A DNA stretch of 14,227 nt from contig CAXGWI010000095.1 of NCBI GenBank assembly GCA_964013405.1, positions 1 through 14,227 of the forward strand, given 5' to 3'. The translations under genes were made by a program, and so were the position numbers. Below the pieces are notes generated by a model. That model had not been told where the DNA came from and did no database searches. It saw nothing but the letters and a program-made list of their open reading frames with translations. Shown here in pieces: positions 11,131-14,227 of the stretch. The stretch is from an uncultured Myxococcales bacterium (lineage in GTDB: Bacteria; Myxococcota; UBA4151). Within the stretch, counting starts at the first letter, position 1. Each line of letters opens with the position of its first letter.

Positions 11131-11230
11131 GACGGGCCTCCTCTTTTTCAACCGGTGAGGCGGGCTTTGTCTTGCGACCAAGCCACTTGTTGAGAGCCCC
11201 ATTCGGCGGCCCCTCCTAAAGGAGGCGGCG
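11131..11230 (-). promoter_or_regulatory. Structured 5' leader of rpmI-rplT, candidate L20 autoregulatory ribosomal leader
   Basis: Hairpin CCUCC-UUUA-GGAGG (11212-11225); GNRA-capped hairpin GGCUU-G-GUC-GCAA-GAC-A-AAGCC (11163-11184); the flanking GGGCUCUCAAC can pair with GUUGA...GAGGCCC across the rpmI SD. Confidence 0.5.
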
Positions 11231-11236
11231 GCGCAG

Positions 11237-11263
11237 AAAGTACAAAAGGTGCCCCTGAGTCAA
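11237..11263 (-). promoter_or_regulatory. Possible sigma70-type promoter for rpmI-rplT
   Basis: TTGACT (11263-11258), then N15, then TACTTT (11242-11237), followed by GC-rich CTGCGCCGCC. The 15-nt spacer is shorter than optimal. Confidence 0.3.
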
Positions 11264-11302
11264 GGAAAATGGGGGCCACAGCGCATTCGAGGCGAAGAAA
11301 GC

Positions 11303-12028
11303 TCAGTCTGCGGTCACTGCTTCCGCTTCGGAATCAGTCGCTTCCTCGGTCCCTTGGCTGGCGGCCGCAGCAGCCTCTGCAGCGGCCTGTTCAGCGGCTC
11401 GCTCCGCGGAAGCCACTCGAGCGGCTTCCTTTGCCGCTTCTTGCTCTCTGATCTGGGCTGCTCGAGTTTTCGCTCGTTGTTTCAAGGCTTCCTTATTGGG
11501 TGCCAGGATGGCGAACATGTTTCGCCCTTCAAAGCGAGCGACCTGTTCGACTTCCGCCACATCAGCAAGGGTCTCCACCATCTTGTCGATGTGGGCGCGA
11601 GCGATCTCCGGATGGGCCATTTCCCGCCCCCGGAACATGATGGTCACCTTCACTTTGTCGCCCCCCTCAAGGAAGCGACGAGCGTGACCGGCTTTGGTTT
11701 CAAAATCGTGCTGACCCGTCTTGGGGCGGAGCTTCACCTCCTTGACGGTGATCCTCGTCTGCTTTCTACGCTGGGAGGATTCTCTCTTTTTCCGTTCGTA
11801 TTTGGCTCGACCCGCATCCATCAACTTGCAGACAGGCGGCTGGGCTTTCGCACTCACTTCCACCAAGTCGAGACCGGCTGCATCGGCCCTTGCCAATGCG
11901 TCCTCACGACTCAGCACGCCAAGTTGCTCGCCATCGGCATCGATCAACCGCACTTCAGCAGCATCGATTTGGTGGTTCATTCGGGGCTCGTTACTTACCG
12001 GGGCGGGCCCCATGAAACGTCGGCGCAA
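11303..12028 (-). CDS. infC: Translation initiation factor IF-3 with an Ala/Glu-rich C-terminal extension; probable TTG start
   Basis: EVRLIDADGEQLGV, LDLVEV, PPVCKLMD, VKEVKLRP and GDKVKVTIMFRGRE. AGAGGAG (12040-12034) lies 5 nt before the in-frame TTG at 12028. Confidence 0.98.
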   Translation of the reverse strand: MRRRFMGPAPVSNEPRMNHQIDAAEVRLIDADGEQLGVLSREDALARADAAGLDLVEVSAKAQPPVCKLMDAGRAKYERKKRESSQRRKQTRITVKEVKLRPKTGQHDFETKAGHARRFLEGGDKVKVTIMFRGREMAHPEIARAHIDKMVETLADVAEVEQVARFEGRNMFAILAPNKEALKQRAKTRAAQIREQEAAKEAARVASAERAAEQAAAEAAAAASQGTEEATDSEAEAVTAD

Positions 12029-12085
12029 AAAGTCTCCTCTCCCGGTCAGCGGGATCGTCGCTGAGGTGTTAAAGTCTGTTCGTGG

Positions 12086-14059
12086 CTAGAGGTCAAGGTT
12101 TGGCATAGCGGTTTTTGACGTCAGCCAAGCCACCGCTTCTTCCAGGGTCTGCACCCCGAACTGCTCGCCCTGGCGGCTACGGACCGCAAGGGAGCGAGCT
12201 TCCACCTCCTGGTCACCGATGACCAGCAGGTAGGGAATACGCAGAAGGCGAGCATCGCGGATCTTCTTCCCCAGACTCTCGTTCCGGAGATCCATGCTCA
12301 CCCGCAAGTCGGCTTGCCTAAAGGCTGCCTCGACCTCTCGGGCAAAATCCTCTGCCCGCTCTGAAATGGTTAAAACACGAGCCTGCTCTGGGGCCAGCCA
12401 GGCGGGGAAGTCGCCGGCATAATGCTCGATCAGGATACCAAAGAAGCGTTCTAGGCTCCCTAGAAGGGCTCGGTGGATCAGGATCGGGGCACTCTTGCCG
12501 CCCTCCGCATCGATGTAGGACATGCCAAAGCGCTCGGGCAGGTTGAAGTCCAACTGCACCGTGGAGCATTGCCAGGTCCGGCTCAGCGCATCTTTGATCT
12601 TCACATCGATCTTAGGCCCATAGAAAGCGCCGCCGCCCGCATCGAGGACATAGTCTAGGCCTTGGGCCGCGATGGCCTGACGCAGCAGATCTTCTGCTTC
12701 GTCCCACAAGGCTTCGTCACCGACATATTTCTCGTCGGGCCGAGTGCTCAGGTTGATCTCGAAATCCTCAAAGCCAAAGGCGCTTAGGATGGCGAGGACG
12801 AAGTTGAGGACCCCAATGAGTTCTTCACCCAGGTTCTCGCGGGTGCAGATGAGGTGGGCGTCATCCTGGGTGAAACCACGAACCCGCATCAAACCGTGGA
12901 GGGCCCCTGCGAGTTCATAGCGATAGACCGTCCCCAGCTCGGCGAAGCGGAGGGGCAACTCGCGATAGGACCACTGCCGATGCTTGTACATCATCACGTG
13001 GAAGGGGCAGTTCATGGGCTTCAGCAGATACTGCTCTTCATCCACACCGATGGGCGAGTACATGGACTCAGCATAGAAATCGAGGTGGCCTGAGATCTTC
13101 CACAGGTCGCTTTTCGCCACGTGGGGAGAATAAACGATGTCGTAGCCACCGCGCCGATGGGCTTGGCGCCAGAAGCTCTCGATGACCTCACGGACACGGC
13201 CGCCTCGGGGCAACCAGAGAACAAGCCCCTGGCCAATCTCTTCGTGGAGAATCGAACCATCATCCTGCCGGTGCACATCGCCTCGCTCGGAGACCGTGAA
13301 CAAATCCAGCTCACGACCCAGCTTCCGGTGATCTCGCTTCTTCGCTTCTTCGAGGCGATGAAGATGGGCCTTCAACTGCTTCTTGTTGAAGAAGGCGATG
13401 CCGTAGATCCGCTGCAGCATCTGCTGAGTCGAATCGCCCCGCCAATAGGCTCCTGCGTGGCTTAGGAGTTTGAAGCTTTTCACCAAACCCGTGTGGGGCA
13501 GGTGAGGACCACGACAGAGATCATCAAACTCACCGTGATGGTAGAGGGAGATCTCCCCTTCGGCCGCATCCAAGAGCTCGACCTTGTAAGGCTCATTTTG
13601 TGCTTCAAAGCGCTGGCGGGCCTCTTCCCGATCCACCACCTCCCGACGAAAGGGGCTGTTCTCCCCGATCACCCGCTGCATTTCGGCCTCGATGGCTTGC
13701 AGATCTTCTGGCGTGAAAGGCTCTTCTACCTCGAAGTCATAGTAGAAGCCGTTGACCCCATCATTGACCACCGGTCCGATGGAAATCTTGGCGTCCTGCC
13801 ACAGGCGCTTCACCGCGCTGGCGAGGATATGGGCGGTGCTGTGACGGAGCACCTCAAGAGCTTCGTCGTCATTCTCCGTGAGGATCTGGACCTCATCCTG
13901 GTCCGAGAGGGTCCGGGAGAGGTCGACCACATCACCATTCACCTTGGCGGCGATGGCCCGCCGCGCCAATCCTTCCGCAATCGACGCGGCGAGGTCGTAG
14001 GCAGAAGCGCCTGGCTCCAAGGCCCGCTCAGAGCCATCTGGGAGTCGTACCGAGATCAT
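12086..14059 (-). CDS. thrS: Threonine--tRNA ligase
   Basis: TGS domain (LPDGS), editing domain RHSTAH and DLCRGPH, RDHRKLG, KPMNCP, LMRVRGFTQDDAH, GAFYGPKID, HRALLGSLERF and an anticodon-binding domain. Confidence 0.99.
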   Translation of the reverse strand: MISVRLPDGSERALEPGASAYDLAASIAEGLARRAIAAKVNGDVVDLSRTLSDQDEVQILTENDDEALEVLRHSTAHILASAVKRLWQDAKISIGPVVNDGVNGFYYDFEVEEPFTPEDLQAIEAEMQRVIGENSPFRREVVDREEARQRFEAQNEPYKVELLDAAEGEISLYHHGEFDDLCRGPHLPHTGLVKSFKLLSHAGAYWRGDSTQQMLQRIYGIAFFNKKQLKAHLHRLEEAKKRDHRKLGRELDLFTVSERGDVHRQDDGSILHEEIGQGLVLWLPRGGRVREVIESFWRQAHRRGGYDIVYSPHVAKSDLWKISGHLDFYAESMYSPIGVDEEQYLLKPMNCPFHVMMYKHRQWSYRELPLRFAELGTVYRYELAGALHGLMRVRGFTQDDAHLICTRENLGEELIGVLNFVLAILSAFGFEDFEINLSTRPDEKYVGDEALWDEAEDLLRQAIAAQGLDYVLDAGGGAFYGPKIDVKIKDALSRTWQCSTVQLDFNLPERFGMSYIDAEGGKSAPILIHRALLGSLERFFGILIEHYAGDFPAWLAPEQARVLTISERAEDFAREVEAAFRQADLRVSMDLRNESLGKKIRDARLLRIPYLLVIGDQEVEARSLAVRSRQGEQFGVQTLEEAVAWLTSKTAMPNLDL

Positions 14060-14227
14060 TTATTCGGGCGTGTCGGACAAGAGGTCGTCGGCTTCCACAC
14101 TGTGCTGGGTTTGGCGCTGAAGCACTTCGGCGATGGCTGCTTCGAGGGCCGGATCCAAGTCATCGAATGCGAGCCCAGCCAGGCCTTCTTCCTGCCACAC
14201 CACCTTCCCGTGGGTGTGCACGAAGAG
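14060..14227 (-). CDS. C-terminal fragment of a probable PilZ-domain protein (5' end outside the window; absent from the ORF track)
   Basis: Manual translation gives LFVHTHGKVVWQEEGLAGLAFDDLDPALEAAIAEVLQRQTQHSVEADDLLSDTPE*. The G-x-VVW...G-h-x-F-x-x-L plus helix pattern is typical of the PilZ C-terminus. TAA (14062-14060) abuts the thrS ATG. Confidence 0.65.
   Translation of the reverse strand, partial: LFVHTHGKVVWQEEGLAGLAFDDLDPALEAAIAEVLQRQTQHSVEADDLLSDTPE

Noticed and set aside
11131..11202. 24-aa N-terminal extension of L35 from ATG 11202
   Set aside because: The strong SD before ATG 11130 gives a normal-length L35, and the region is better explained as a structured leader.
7635..12064. 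Long antisense or alternate-frame ORFs (7635-8378, 9634-10392, 11249-12064; similarly 1510-2130, 2130-2753, 4301-4936)
   Set aside because: They are shadow ORFs of well-supported genes in high-GC DNA, with no recognisable motifs.
12068..12096. infC promoter at the thrS 3' end (TTGACC-N17-TTTAAC)
   Set aside because: The -10 lacks the key A2 and T6 positions, so support is too weak.

Overview
GC-rich bacterial chromosomal window, probably Myxococcota/deltaproteobacterial. This is inferred from a myxobacterial-type Cys-rich repeat, an RCC1 propeller protein, a PilZ-like fragment and an IF3 with a long C-terminal tail. About 11.3 kb is one co-directional minus-strand run: partial PilZ-like gene - thrS - infC - rpmI - rplT - pheS - pheT - ihfA - MerR-type regulator - purA - ParA/Soj ATPase with two N-terminal TRASH/zf-FCS-like Cys4 repeats - TPR-like/tandem cNMP-binding protein. 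It converges, with a 3-nt gap, on two plus-strand genes: a 5'-truncated 14-repeat RCC1 protein and a predicted Tat-exported lipoprotein carrying the motifs of the PCO/ADO (plant cysteine oxidase/cysteamine dioxygenase) family. The most interesting items are this exported PCO/ADO-like dioxygenase, the translationally coupled zinc-finger ParA plus degenerate cNMP protein, and a structured leader upstream of rpmI-rplT. No rRNA, tRNA, CRISPR or mobile element was seen. All calls come from manual motif recognition; no searches were run.
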